Below are positions 17,031 through 25,151 of a stretch of 64,000 bases of DNA, in pieces; positions within the stretch are counted from its first letter, which is position 1; every line of letters starts with the position of its first letter. This DNA comes from an uncultured Solirubrobacteraceae bacterium (lineage in GTDB: Bacteria; Actinomycetota; Thermoleophilia; Solirubrobacterales; Solirubrobacteraceae). Location: assembly GCA_964588985.1 (NCBI GenBank), contig CAZPQW010000004.1, positions 32,001 to 96,000 on the forward strand, in the 5' to 3' direction. A program made the translations under genes and the position numbers. The notes beneath the pieces are model-generated. The model was not told where the DNA came from, made no database searches, and saw only the letters and a list, made by a program, of their open reading frames with translations.

Positions 17031-19949
17031 CTAGTGCCTGAACTTCACGGTGGTGCCCGTCGCGGACTCGGGCGTGCCTTTGCGCGACGGCTTGAAGTCG
17101 ACGTTCACGGACACCTTCAGTGGATGGTGGCGGCCCAGTGACCGCAGCCCGCCGCGGGTGAGCGCGAGCTTGAACGTGACGGTCGAGGATTTGCGCACGC
17201 GCTTGCGGATCGTGTGAAGGCCCTTGCCCTTGACGGTGAGCAGCCCGCCGCCCTGCGTCCTCACCCTGAGGATCAGCTTGTGTCCTCGAACACGTCGGCT
17301 GAGGATCCGCACGCCGCACCCGAAGACGTTGATGCGGGTGTTCTGCTTGATCACGGCGCCGCTCTGCGCGGTGATCGTGGTGGGCATCGTCAGCGGCCGC
17401 AGGCAGAGATTCCCGAACGCGCTCAGCACGGAGTTCGGGGCCATGGGAAGTTCGAGCATGAAGTTGGACACGGGCACGTCCGGTATCGAGGCGAACGTCG
17501 AGGTGGTGACGCCGTGTTTGATGTCGGTGTTGCCGATGAGCACGACGCGCACGCCGTTGCCTTCGAGGATCAGGTCGAGGTCGGGAAACGCCGCGCCGCC
17601 GCGGGAGACGAGATAGGCGGGCCCGGTCATCCTCGCCGGCAGGACCGGGGTGGTGACGGTCGCGGTGCCGACCCGCGATTCGGGCGGGCAGGCGGCGGGG
17701 TTGGCGTCGAAGGTCGCGCCCACGCAGGCTTTCTGCAGTGTGCTCAGGCGCGATGGGAGCTGGATCGGCAGCGAGGCCACGATTGAGCGGATGTTCGCCT
17801 CGTGGCTGCCCTGCACGAGGCTCACTCCCAGACCGGCGCCGTTCTTTTTGGAGGTTTTGCTGCTGGTCATCGCCTTGAAGCTGGGCTTGAAGGAGAGCGA
17901 ACTGCAGCTGTTCACCTGGAATGGGCTGGTGGCCAGGGCGGTGAGGCCGAGCGTGGACGTCAGCAGTGAGTCCGTGGTGAGCGGGTTGCAGCTGGTTGGG
18001 TTGGTGAGGAATTTTTTGCGGTTGATCGTGACGGCGAGGCTCCTGAGCCTGAGCGGCACGCCGCCGCGGATCGTCGGCAGGGCGCCGGCAGCGATCACGC
18101 GTGCGGTGGTGGGGTCGACGGAGATCCCAATGCGGGTGACGATCGTGCCGAGGTTGAAGGGGCCGGCGACTGCGGCGATCGGGATCGATAGGCCGTAGGG
18201 CGCGCCGGCGTAGCGGCTCGTGAGGTAGACGGGTCCGGAGAACGCGTACGGTTCCGGGCCGGCTCCCGCGGTGGCGCTCGCCGTCCCGATCTGACTGCTA
18301 GCCGGGCATGCGCCCTGCTGAGCGAGCGGTTCCTTGCACAGCGGCACGGTTGGGATCGCGCCGACGAGGCCCGCGGGGAGCACGGTTCTCAGCCGCGATA
18401 GGTACTGCTGCCCGTCGGCTCGCCGGAGGTTGAACGTGTAGGAGGTGTATGCGCCGCCCTTGGGGCTCGTGTTCTGGGTGCTCTGTGCGAGCGAGAAGGG
18501 CAGTGGCGAGGCGCAGCCTGTGGTCACGAACGGCGTCGCGCTGAGCGCCGCCGGGGTCCCCGTGTACGGCGTGAAGAGCGCTTCGACCTGCCCGCTGCCG
18601 CACGCCAGCGGGTTGGCCAGCGGCGCTCGTGCTCCGCCTTTCAGCGTGAGGGCGAGTTCGCTGAACGGGAGCGGCGGGTTTTCGAGGAACGTGACTTCCA
18701 GTCGGCCGGTGCTCGGGTTGGGGACGACCGATCCCTTCAGCCTGACCGACACGTCGTAGATGCTCTCCGCGTCGAGGTACACGGTGTAGGGGGGCCCCGT
18801 GATCGCGCCGCTCCCGGGGTTGCCGAGGTAGACGTCGCCGCTCAGCGATTTCGCGGGCAGGTCGGTTTCGATCGCCACCGTTCCTATCGCCGACCCCGCC
18901 GGGCAGGTCACGGGGTTGCGCGTCCCGATGCCGATTTGCGCCGGCGTGCACGCTTCCAGTCCGTGCGCCGCGGAGGGGTTGAGCGTCAGCCCGTCGGGGA
19001 GCGTGACGTGGACGTCTTTGATGTCCGCCGTGTTGATTTCGCTTTCGCCCGCGTGCTGTGGGACCTTGACGACGGTGGTGGCGCCGTCGGGCTGGTCGGA
19101 GGTGGACGTTTCGGGGGTGACCGCGGCGGTCGGTTTGAACGGGACTTCGTTGCAGCCTTCGACGCCGACCGGGGTGTGGGTTTCCGTCGTCGAGACCTGG
19201 CCTTCGTAGGATTCGACTTCGAGGTAAGAGGTCGTGGTGGGCGAGCAGACGCTCGGCAGCGTGAGGAAGTTGCCCGCGCCGGCATGGCCGTCGAAGTTGA
19301 GTTTGGACTTCAGGACCGACAGGGGCACTTTGAGTTTCAAAAGCGACAGTTCGGCTTCTTTGGGGACGTTGTTGATTTCGAAGTACTCGTGGTAGGCGCC
19401 GCCGGGATGCGCGCCGCTCCAGTCGACGTGGCCTTCGAGGTAGATGTGAACGTCTGTGATCGGTTCCACGCCGGTGTCGATGCCGAACACCAACGGTAGG
19501 CCTTCGACCGGTTTGAGGTTGTAGACGTTGCCCGTGACCGTGATGTCGCCGATGCCGTCGTAGGCGACGAGTTCGGTGGTACCGACTTTGGTTTCGGAAC
19601 TGCATTTGTTTTTTTCGAATGCCGTGGGTTCGCACTGGGGCAGCGCTTCGGGATTGGCTGCAAGGCCGGCGGGCACGTCGACGCGTATCCGCTTGAGAGC
19701 GCCTTCGGGCGCTTCGCCGCTGTGGTTCAGTTCGAACGTGGTGATGCCCCACGACGGATGCCCCGCCGCCTGGGTGAAGAACACGTTCGTCGCGCTTTTG
19801 TATGTGCACGAGGGGGTCAGGCCGTTGCACGTGCCGGCTTCGAAGTTGCTTTCGGTCACGCCGAAGGACGCCTGCGCGGCCGGCGTGGCGATGGCAGCGC
19901 ACGCGCTGAGGAGCAGCGCGAGGCGCACGACGACGCGGGCATGTCTCAT
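17031..19949 (-). CDS. large secreted protein with four tandem ~200-aa Cys-patterned domains and a basic C-terminal domain
   Basis: Signal peptide (AQA); four repeats of V.LP.GL..N...C....CP..S.IGT...G.VYL; GGAGAGG RBS before ATG 19949. Confidence 0.85.
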   Translation of the reverse strand: MRHARVVVRLALLLSACAAIATPAAQASFGVTESNFEAGTCNGLTPSCTYKSATNVFFTQAAGHPSWGITTFELNHSGEAPEGALKRIRVDVPAGLAANPEALPQCEPTAFEKNKCSSETKVGTTELVAYDGIGDITVTGNVYNLKPVEGLPLVFGIDTGVEPITDVHIYLEGHVDWSGAHPGGAYHEYFEINNVPKEAELSLLKLKVPLSVLKSKLNFDGHAGAGNFLTLPSVCSPTTTSYLEVESYEGQVSTTETHTPVGVEGCNEVPFKPTAAVTPETSTSDQPDGATTVVKVPQHAGESEINTADIKDVHVTLPDGLTLNPSAAHGLEACTPAQIGIGTRNPVTCPAGSAIGTVAIETDLPAKSLSGDVYLGNPGSGAITGPPYTVYLDAESIYDVSVRLKGSVVPNPSTGRLEVTFLENPPLPFSELALTLKGGARAPLANPLACGSGQVEALFTPYTGTPAALSATPFVTTGCASPLPFSLAQSTQNTSPKGGAYTSYTFNLRRADGQQYLSRLRTVLPAGLVGAIPTVPLCKEPLAQQGACPASSQIGTASATAGAGPEPYAFSGPVYLTSRYAGAPYGLSIPIAAVAGPFNLGTIVTRIGISVDPTTARVIAAGALPTIRGGVPLRLRSLAVTINRKKFLTNPTSCNPLTTDSLLTSTLGLTALATSPFQVNSCSSLSFKPSFKAMTSSKTSKKNGAGLGVSLVQGSHEANIRSIVASLPIQLPSRLSTLQKACVGATFDANPAACPPESRVGTATVTTPVLPARMTGPAYLVSRGGAAFPDLDLILEGNGVRVVLIGNTDIKHGVTTSTFASIPDVPVSNFMLELPMAPNSVLSAFGNLCLRPLTMPTTITAQSGAVIKQNTRINVFGCGVRILSRRVRGHKLILRVRTQGGGLLTVKGKGLHTIRKRVRKSSTVTFKLALTRGGLRSLGRHHPLKVSVNVDFKPSRKGTPESATGTTVKFRH

Positions 19950-20078
19950 TGGCCTCTCCAACCTCTCCGTAGCTGTGGGTCCCTCGACCCGAGGCCATCC
20001 AGGCCTCAGTGTTCTTAACGGTCCTTGCTACCCAGTTTGTTCAACCCTACGCGTCGAGTTGTTATCGACCGGGGCGTG

Positions 20079-21293
20079 TCACGCCTCGCGCGGGATGTGC
20101 GGCGCGAGCTCGCGACGGGCGATCGAGAGCTTGTGGACCTCGTCGGGGCCGTCGGCGAGACGCAGCGTGCGCAGGTGCGCGTAGGCGGTGGCGAGCCCGA
20201 AGTCTTCCGATACGCCGCCGCCGCCGTGGAGCTGGATGGCGCGGTCGAGGACCTTGAGCGCGACGTTCGGCGCGGCGACCTTGATGGCGGAGATCTCGGT
20301 GCGCGCGTGGCGGTTGCCGACGGTGTCCATCAGCCAGGCGGCCTTGAGCGTGAGCAGGCGCGCCATCTCGATCTCGATCCGCGACTCGGCTATCCAGTCG
20401 AGGACGTTGCCGCGCGTGGCGATCGGCGCTCCGAACGTGACGCGCGAGACGGCGCGTTTGCACATCGCTTCGAGCGCGCGCTCGGCGGCGCCTATGGCGC
20501 GCATGCAGTGGTGGATGCGTCCCGGACCGAGGCGCGCCTGGGCGATCATGAACCCGTCGCCCTCGCCGGCGATCAGGTTCGAGACGGGCACGCGCACGTC
20601 CTTGAAGTCGACTTCGGCGTGGCCCTCTTGGTCGTTGTAGCCGAACACCATGAGGTCGCGCACGATCGTCACGCCGGGGGTGTCCATGGGCACGAGGATC
20701 TGGCTCTGCTGCTTGTGAATGGGGCCGTCGGTCTGCGTCTTGCCCATCACGATCATGATCTTGCAGTGCGGGTGCATGGCGTTGGAGGTCCACCACTTGC
20801 GCCCGTTGAGGACGTAGTCCTCGCCGTCGCGCTCGATCCGCAGCTGGATGTTGGTGGCGTCGGAGCTGGCGACGTCGGGCTCGGTCATGGCGAAGGCGGA
20901 GCGGATCTCGCCGTCGAGCAGTGGGCGCAGCCAGCGTTCCTTCTGCTCGTCGGTGCCGAAGTGGTAGAGCACCTCCATGTTGCCGGTGTCGGGCGCGGAG
21001 CAGTTGCACGCCTCGGAGGCGATGTGCGAGCGGCCGAGCATCTCCGCGAGCGGCGCGTAGTCGGCGTTTGAGAGCCCGGCGCCGTCGTCGGGGTCGGGCA
21101 GGAACATGTTCCACAGCCCCGCCTCGCGGGCGCGCACCTTGAGCTCCTCCATGATCGCGGGCTGGTGGTGTGGGTCGCCGGACTCGCGCAGCTGGCGCTC
21201 GTAGACCTCTTCGGCGGGATAGATGTGCTCGTCCATGAAAGCGCCGAGGCGCTCCTTGAATTCGATGCAGCGCTGGCTGGGTTCGAAGTCCAT
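20079..21293 (-). CDS. acyl-CoA dehydrogenase
   Basis: [57 protein letters not shown]. Confidence 0.95.
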   Translation of the reverse strand: MDFEPSQRCIEFKERLGAFMDEHIYPAEEVYERQLRESGDPHHQPAIMEELKVRAREAGLWNMFLPDPDDGAGLSNADYAPLAEMLGRSHIASEACNCSAPDTGNMEVLYHFGTDEQKERWLRPLLDGEIRSAFAMTEPDVASSDATNIQLRIERDGEDYVLNGRKWWTSNAMHPHCKIMIVMGKTQTDGPIHKQQSQILVPMDTPGVTIVRDLMVFGYNDQEGHAEVDFKDVRVPVSNLIAGEGDGFMIAQARLGPGRIHHCMRAIGAAERALEAMCKRAVSRVTFGAPIATRGNVLDWIAESRIEIEMARLLTLKAAWLMDTVGNRHARTEISAIKVAAPNVALKVLDRAIQLHGGGGVSEDFGLATAYAHLRTLRLADGPDEVHKLSIARRELAPHIPREA

Positions 21294-21335
21294 CGGTCCT
21301 CCCTCGGTGACGGCGGTCACTTAGGATCATCGCGG

Positions 21336-22454
21336 ATGAGCGATCAAGGTGCGAGCTACCGCGCGGCGGGCGTGGACTACGACGCGCTCGACGCGGGCAA
21401 GCGCCTGGCGATGGCGAAGGCGCTGTCGACGTCGGGTCTGCTCGAGGCGAGGGGTGGTCGCGCGCTCGACGCGTCGAGGGGCGAGCCGGCGTTCGTGTTC
21501 GAGCTGGGCGAGCAGACCTTCGCGTTCGTGGTCGAGGGTCTCGGCACGAAGTCGATCGTGGCGCGTCACGTGCTCGAAGCGCAGGGGATCGACCGCTTCG
21601 CGGACGTGGCCTACGACACGGTGGCGGCGATCCTCAACGACCTCTGCTGCGTAGGCGCGCTGCCGCTGGTCGTGAACGCGTACTTCGCGACGGGCGCGTC
21701 GGAGTGGTACCTGCAGCAGGAGCGCTCGGCGTCGTTGCTGGAGGGCTGGCGCAGCGCGTGCGCGGACGCGGGCTGCGTGTGGGGCGGGGGAGAGTCGCCG
21801 TCGTTGCCGGGGATGCTCGCCGAGCAGGACATCGAGCTGGCGGGCGCTGCGGTCGGCGTGGTGCCCGAGGGTCATTCGGCGATCCTCGGTGACGCGCTCG
21901 CGCCGGGCGATGAGATCGTGCTGGTGGCGTCGAGCGGCCTGCACGCCAACGGCGCGTCGCTCGCGCGTCTGGTCGCGGGCAGGCTGGACGAGGGCTACGC
22001 GACGTTGCTGAGCGACGGCACGACGCTGGGGGAGGGGCTGCTGGAGCCGTCGGTGATGTACGTGCCGCTCGTCGCTGCTCTGCTCGAGCAGGAGATACCG
22101 CTGACGTACATCAGCCACGTGACCGGCCATGGTCTGCTCAAGCTGATGCGCCCGACGCGGCCGCTGACGTACCGGATCGAGCGGCTGCCGGACGTGCCTG
22201 CGGTGCTGGAGTTTCTGGTTGCGCAGGCGGGCCTGGATGGGCCGGAGGCGTATTCGACTTTTAATATGGGGACGGGTTTCGCGCTGTACTGCCCGGCGGG
22301 CGAGGGACCGCGGATCGTGGCCGTTGCAGAGGATCTGGGGCTGGTGGCGATGGTCGCGGGACGCGTGGAGGAGGGGCCGCGGCAGGTGATCCTCGAGCCG
22401 GTGGACGTGCGCTTCGAGGGGGCCCAGCTGGAGCTCTCGGTGGAGCAGGACTAA
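21336..22454 (+). CDS. purM: phosphoribosylformylglycinamidine cyclo-ligase (AIR synthase)
   Basis: SY.AAGVD, EGLGTK, ND..C.GA.P, GGES..LPG, SSGLHANG, HVTG.G, TFNMG. Confidence 0.85.
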   Translation: MSDQGASYRAAGVDYDALDAGKRLAMAKALSTSGLLEARGGRALDASRGEPAFVFELGEQTFAFVVEGLGTKSIVARHVLEAQGIDRFADVAYDTVAAILNDLCCVGALPLVVNAYFATGASEWYLQQERSASLLEGWRSACADAGCVWGGGESPSLPGMLAEQDIELAGAAVGVVPEGHSAILGDALAPGDEIVLVASSGLHANGASLARLVAGRLDEGYATLLSDGTTLGEGLLEPSVMYVPLVAALLEQEIPLTYISHVTGHGLLKLMRPTRPLTYRIERLPDVPAVLEFLVAQAGLDGPEAYSTFNMGTGFALYCPAGEGPRIVAVAEDLGLVAMVAGRVEEGPRQVILEPVDVRFEGAQLELSVEQD

Positions 22455-22564
22455 CCCTCTAGTCGAGCGTTACAGTTCGCAACTTTGGGCAGATTCGCGG
22501 TTTCTCGCTCGTATGCAGGGAATATGTACAGCCTTTCCGGGTGGTTCAAACTTGAACGCGTCGG

Positions 22565-22712
22565 TTGACACGGATAAGGTTGGGGTAGCAAGCAAGCAGA
22601 AATCGCCACTGTTCCCCGGTAGAGGACCGGGGATCTCGATGTCGCCGGACCGGCAAAGGCTCCGGAGCTACCCGGATCGAGGCGGACCTGTCCATCACAA
22701 GAGGGAGAGAAT
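22565..22712 (+). promoter_or_regulatory. putative promoter (TTGACA at 22565) and structured 5' leader
   Basis: TTGACA, then hairpins TCCCCGGT/ACCGGGGA and CTCGAT..CCGGA..TCCGG..ATCGAG, then GAGGGAGAG RBS; -10 box not clear. Confidence 0.35.
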
Positions 22713-22716
22713 TCTG

Positions 22717-23493
22717 ATGCGCAGAGCATCCACCTGTGTTGCCGTTCTAGGCCTGGCCATGTTGGCGCTGACAAGCGCGGCATCGGCGGCGCCGACGGTC
22801 ACTTTCAAAGCAACGGCCGTTCCGATCAAGGGCTTCCCGCACACCGGCAACATCTACGGCGCCGGCGCGGCTGTCGAAGGCGTATTCACGATCAAGGGCA
22901 ACGAATATGGCGGGTTCGAGCCGCCTCTCATCGGCCTGACGGTCTACCTGCCGAAGGGCGTGAAGCTTCACACCTCCGGCTTCCCGACCTGCTCGACGCA
23001 GATCATCGAAAAAATCGAACCGGAAGCGTGCCCGAAGCAGTCCTCCGCAGGACCTCCCGGTTATGCGGACGGGTTCGTCGTGCTCGGCGAACGCGTCCCT
23101 GAGAGGGTGTCGCTGGAAAGCTTCTACGCGCCGGGCGGCGGGATCAACACGATCGTGCTCGGCCACACGCCGGCCTCGATCGAAATCGTCTCGACCGGCA
23201 CGTATTCGCACCTGAACGGCGGCGGCGGCTTTGGCCCGGTGGCGCACTTCAAAGTGCCGGAGATCGTCTCGGTGCCCGGTTCGGCCGCGGCCTCGACCGA
23301 AAAGATCGTCGCGAAGCTCGGCTCGGCGATCAAGAAAGGCAAGAAGACGCTCTACTACGGCACGATGCCGAAGAAAGGCGAATGTCACGGCCACCTCAAA
23401 GTCAAGGCGGAACTGACGTTCGCGGAAAACGGCAACGAACTCACGCCTGAGACCGTGACGACCAGTTACAACGCGCCGTGCCCCAAGAAGTAG
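22717..23493 (+). CDS. secreted protein, single Cys-patterned domain related to the repeats of 17031-19949
   Basis: Signal peptide (ASA); VYLPKGVKL...PTC...EACPKQSSAG; second Cys pair near the C-terminus. Confidence 0.8.
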   Translation: MRRASTCVAVLGLAMLALTSAASAAPTVTFKATAVPIKGFPHTGNIYGAGAAVEGVFTIKGNEYGGFEPPLIGLTVYLPKGVKLHTSGFPTCSTQIIEKIEPEACPKQSSAGPPGYADGFVVLGERVPERVSLESFYAPGGGINTIVLGHTPASIEIVSTGTYSHLNGGGGFGPVAHFKVPEIVSVPGSAAASTEKIVAKLGSAIKKGKKTLYYGTMPKKGECHGHLKVKAELTFAENGNELTPETVTTSYNAPCPKK

Positions 23494-23548
23494 GCGACGG
23501 CAGGGAGTTCGCGTCCGCGAGGGCGTAAGCTCGACAGCAGCAGAGTTG

Positions 23549-23593
23549 GGCCGGGCGGCCCCGCCAAGACGGTGGGGCCGCCCGGCCTGTTGT
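23549..23593 (+). terminator. 17-bp stem hairpin, probable intrinsic terminator or mRNA-stabilising stem
   Basis: GGCCGGGCGGCCCCGCC-aagac-GGTGGGGCCGCCCGGCC then TGTTGT. Confidence 0.7.
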
Positions 23594-23635
23594 AAACGGC
23601 AAGGAAGGATCGGGGTGAGGAAGGAGACCGTCGGG

Positions 23636-25150
23636 GTGAGGGGCATGGTGGCCGGCATCGCCGGAGCCGCCGGCGTCGTCGCGCTCGCGGTCGTGGTTCT
23701 GCTCTCGCTCTCGGCCGGCGGCAACAACGGCGGCTACACGGTCCGCGCGATCTTCGACGACGCCGGCAACGTGATCGTCGGAGAGGACGTGAAGATCGAC
23801 GGCGTCAAAGTCGGCACGGTCGGCACGGTCACTCCGACGCCGCAGGCGAAGGCTGCGGTCGTCCTGAAAATCGAAAACCCCGGCTTCCAGGACTTCCGCT
23901 CCGACGCGACGTGCACCGTGCGCCCGCAGGCGCTGATCGGCGAGAAGTTCGTCGACTGCGTGCCGACCCAGCCGCGCGTTGAAGGCACGCCGCTGCCACC
24001 GGCGCTGAAGAAGATCCCCTCCGGCCAGGAAGGCGCTGGCCAGTGGCTGCTGCCGGTGACGCAGACGAGCAGCCCGGTCGACGTGGACCTGCTCGGAGAC
24101 ATCAGCCGACTCCCCGAACGCGAGCGCCTGACGCTGATCCTCAACGAATTCGGCGCCGGCCTGGCAGGGCGCGGGAGCGACCTCTCGGTGGTCATCCGCC
24201 GCGCAGACCCGGCGCTGCGTGAATTCAACAAGGTGCTCGCGATCCTCGCCAAACAGAACCACGTGCTGGCGAAACTCGCGGTCGACTCCGACAGGGCGCT
24301 CGCACCCTTCGCGGCGGTCCGCAACCGCGTGGCGCACTTCATCGTTGCGGCCAACCAGGTCTCTCAGGCCTCCGCGGCGCATCGTGGCGCGCTGGCACGC
24401 AACCTCAAAGACTTCCCGCCGTTCCTCGAACAGCTCGGCCCGGCGATGGAACGCGTCCAGAAGTTCGCCGAACAGACGATCCCCGTCGCGACCGATCTGC
24501 GTGCCGCCGCGCCGAGCGTCGACCGCGCGTTCACGAGCCTGCCGGGCTTCTCGAAGAGCTCGACGACGTTCTTCGAAGACCTCGGCAAGACCTCGAAGAA
24601 GTCAGGGCCCGCGCTGCTGGCGACGAAACCGCTGCTCGGCAAGCTGCAGGCATTGGGAGAAGCCGCTCAGCCAGCCGCCGGCAACCTCGCGCAACTGCTC
24701 GGCAGCCTGAGCAAGACGGGCGGGCTGGAGCGTCTGCTCGACTTCATCTTCCTCGGCGCGAACGCCGCCAACGGCTACGACTCGCTCGGGCACTTCCTGC
24801 GCACCGAAGGCAGCCCTTCTGCCGGGTGCCTGAACTACGCTCTCAAGCCCGGGGGCTGTTCTCGCAAGCTGTTCAGCACAGGCTCTCCGGCGAAAATCGC
24901 ATCCGCCAGCGAACCGGGCACGAGCGTCACGATGGCGCGGACGCTCGCCGTGCTCAACGGTGCCACCCCCGCGCAGGCGATCGCCAAATACCCCGGTCCG
25001 ACCACGATCGCCGCCAACCCCACCGGCACCGGCGGCTCGACCGGCACAGCTCAGCCCGTCGGCGGCTCGACCGCGGGCACCACGTACTACACCCCCTCCG
25101 AAAGCTCGGAAGCGGGCGGCCTGCTCCTCAACTACCTGCTCGGCAACTGA
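23636..25150 (+). CDS. MCE/MlaD family protein 1
   Basis: N-terminal TM, F.DAGNV..GEDVKIDGVKVG.V, LIGEKFVD, long helical tail; AAGGAG RBS before GTG. Confidence 0.9.
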   Translation: MRGMVAGIAGAAGVVALAVVVLLSLSAGGNNGGYTVRAIFDDAGNVIVGEDVKIDGVKVGTVGTVTPTPQAKAAVVLKIENPGFQDFRSDATCTVRPQALIGEKFVDCVPTQPRVEGTPLPPALKKIPSGQEGAGQWLLPVTQTSSPVDVDLLGDISRLPERERLTLILNEFGAGLAGRGSDLSVVIRRADPALREFNKVLAILAKQNHVLAKLAVDSDRALAPFAAVRNRVAHFIVAANQVSQASAAHRGALARNLKDFPPFLEQLGPAMERVQKFAEQTIPVATDLRAAAPSVDRAFTSLPGFSKSSTTFFEDLGKTSKKSGPALLATKPLLGKLQALGEAAQPAAGNLAQLLGSLSKTGGLERLLDFIFLGANAANGYDSLGHFLRTEGSPSAGCLNYALKPGGCSRKLFSTGSPAKIASASEPGTSVTMARTLAVLNGATPAQAIAKYPGPTTIAANPTGTGGSTGTAQPVGGSTAGTTYYTPSESSEAGGLLLNYLLGN

Positions 25151-25151
25151 C

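Noticed and set aside
22600-22695. Cobalamin riboswitch suggested by GCCACTG and GACCTG
   Set aside because: The other core elements (AGGGAA..GGTG..AA.TCC, GGGAAG) are absent
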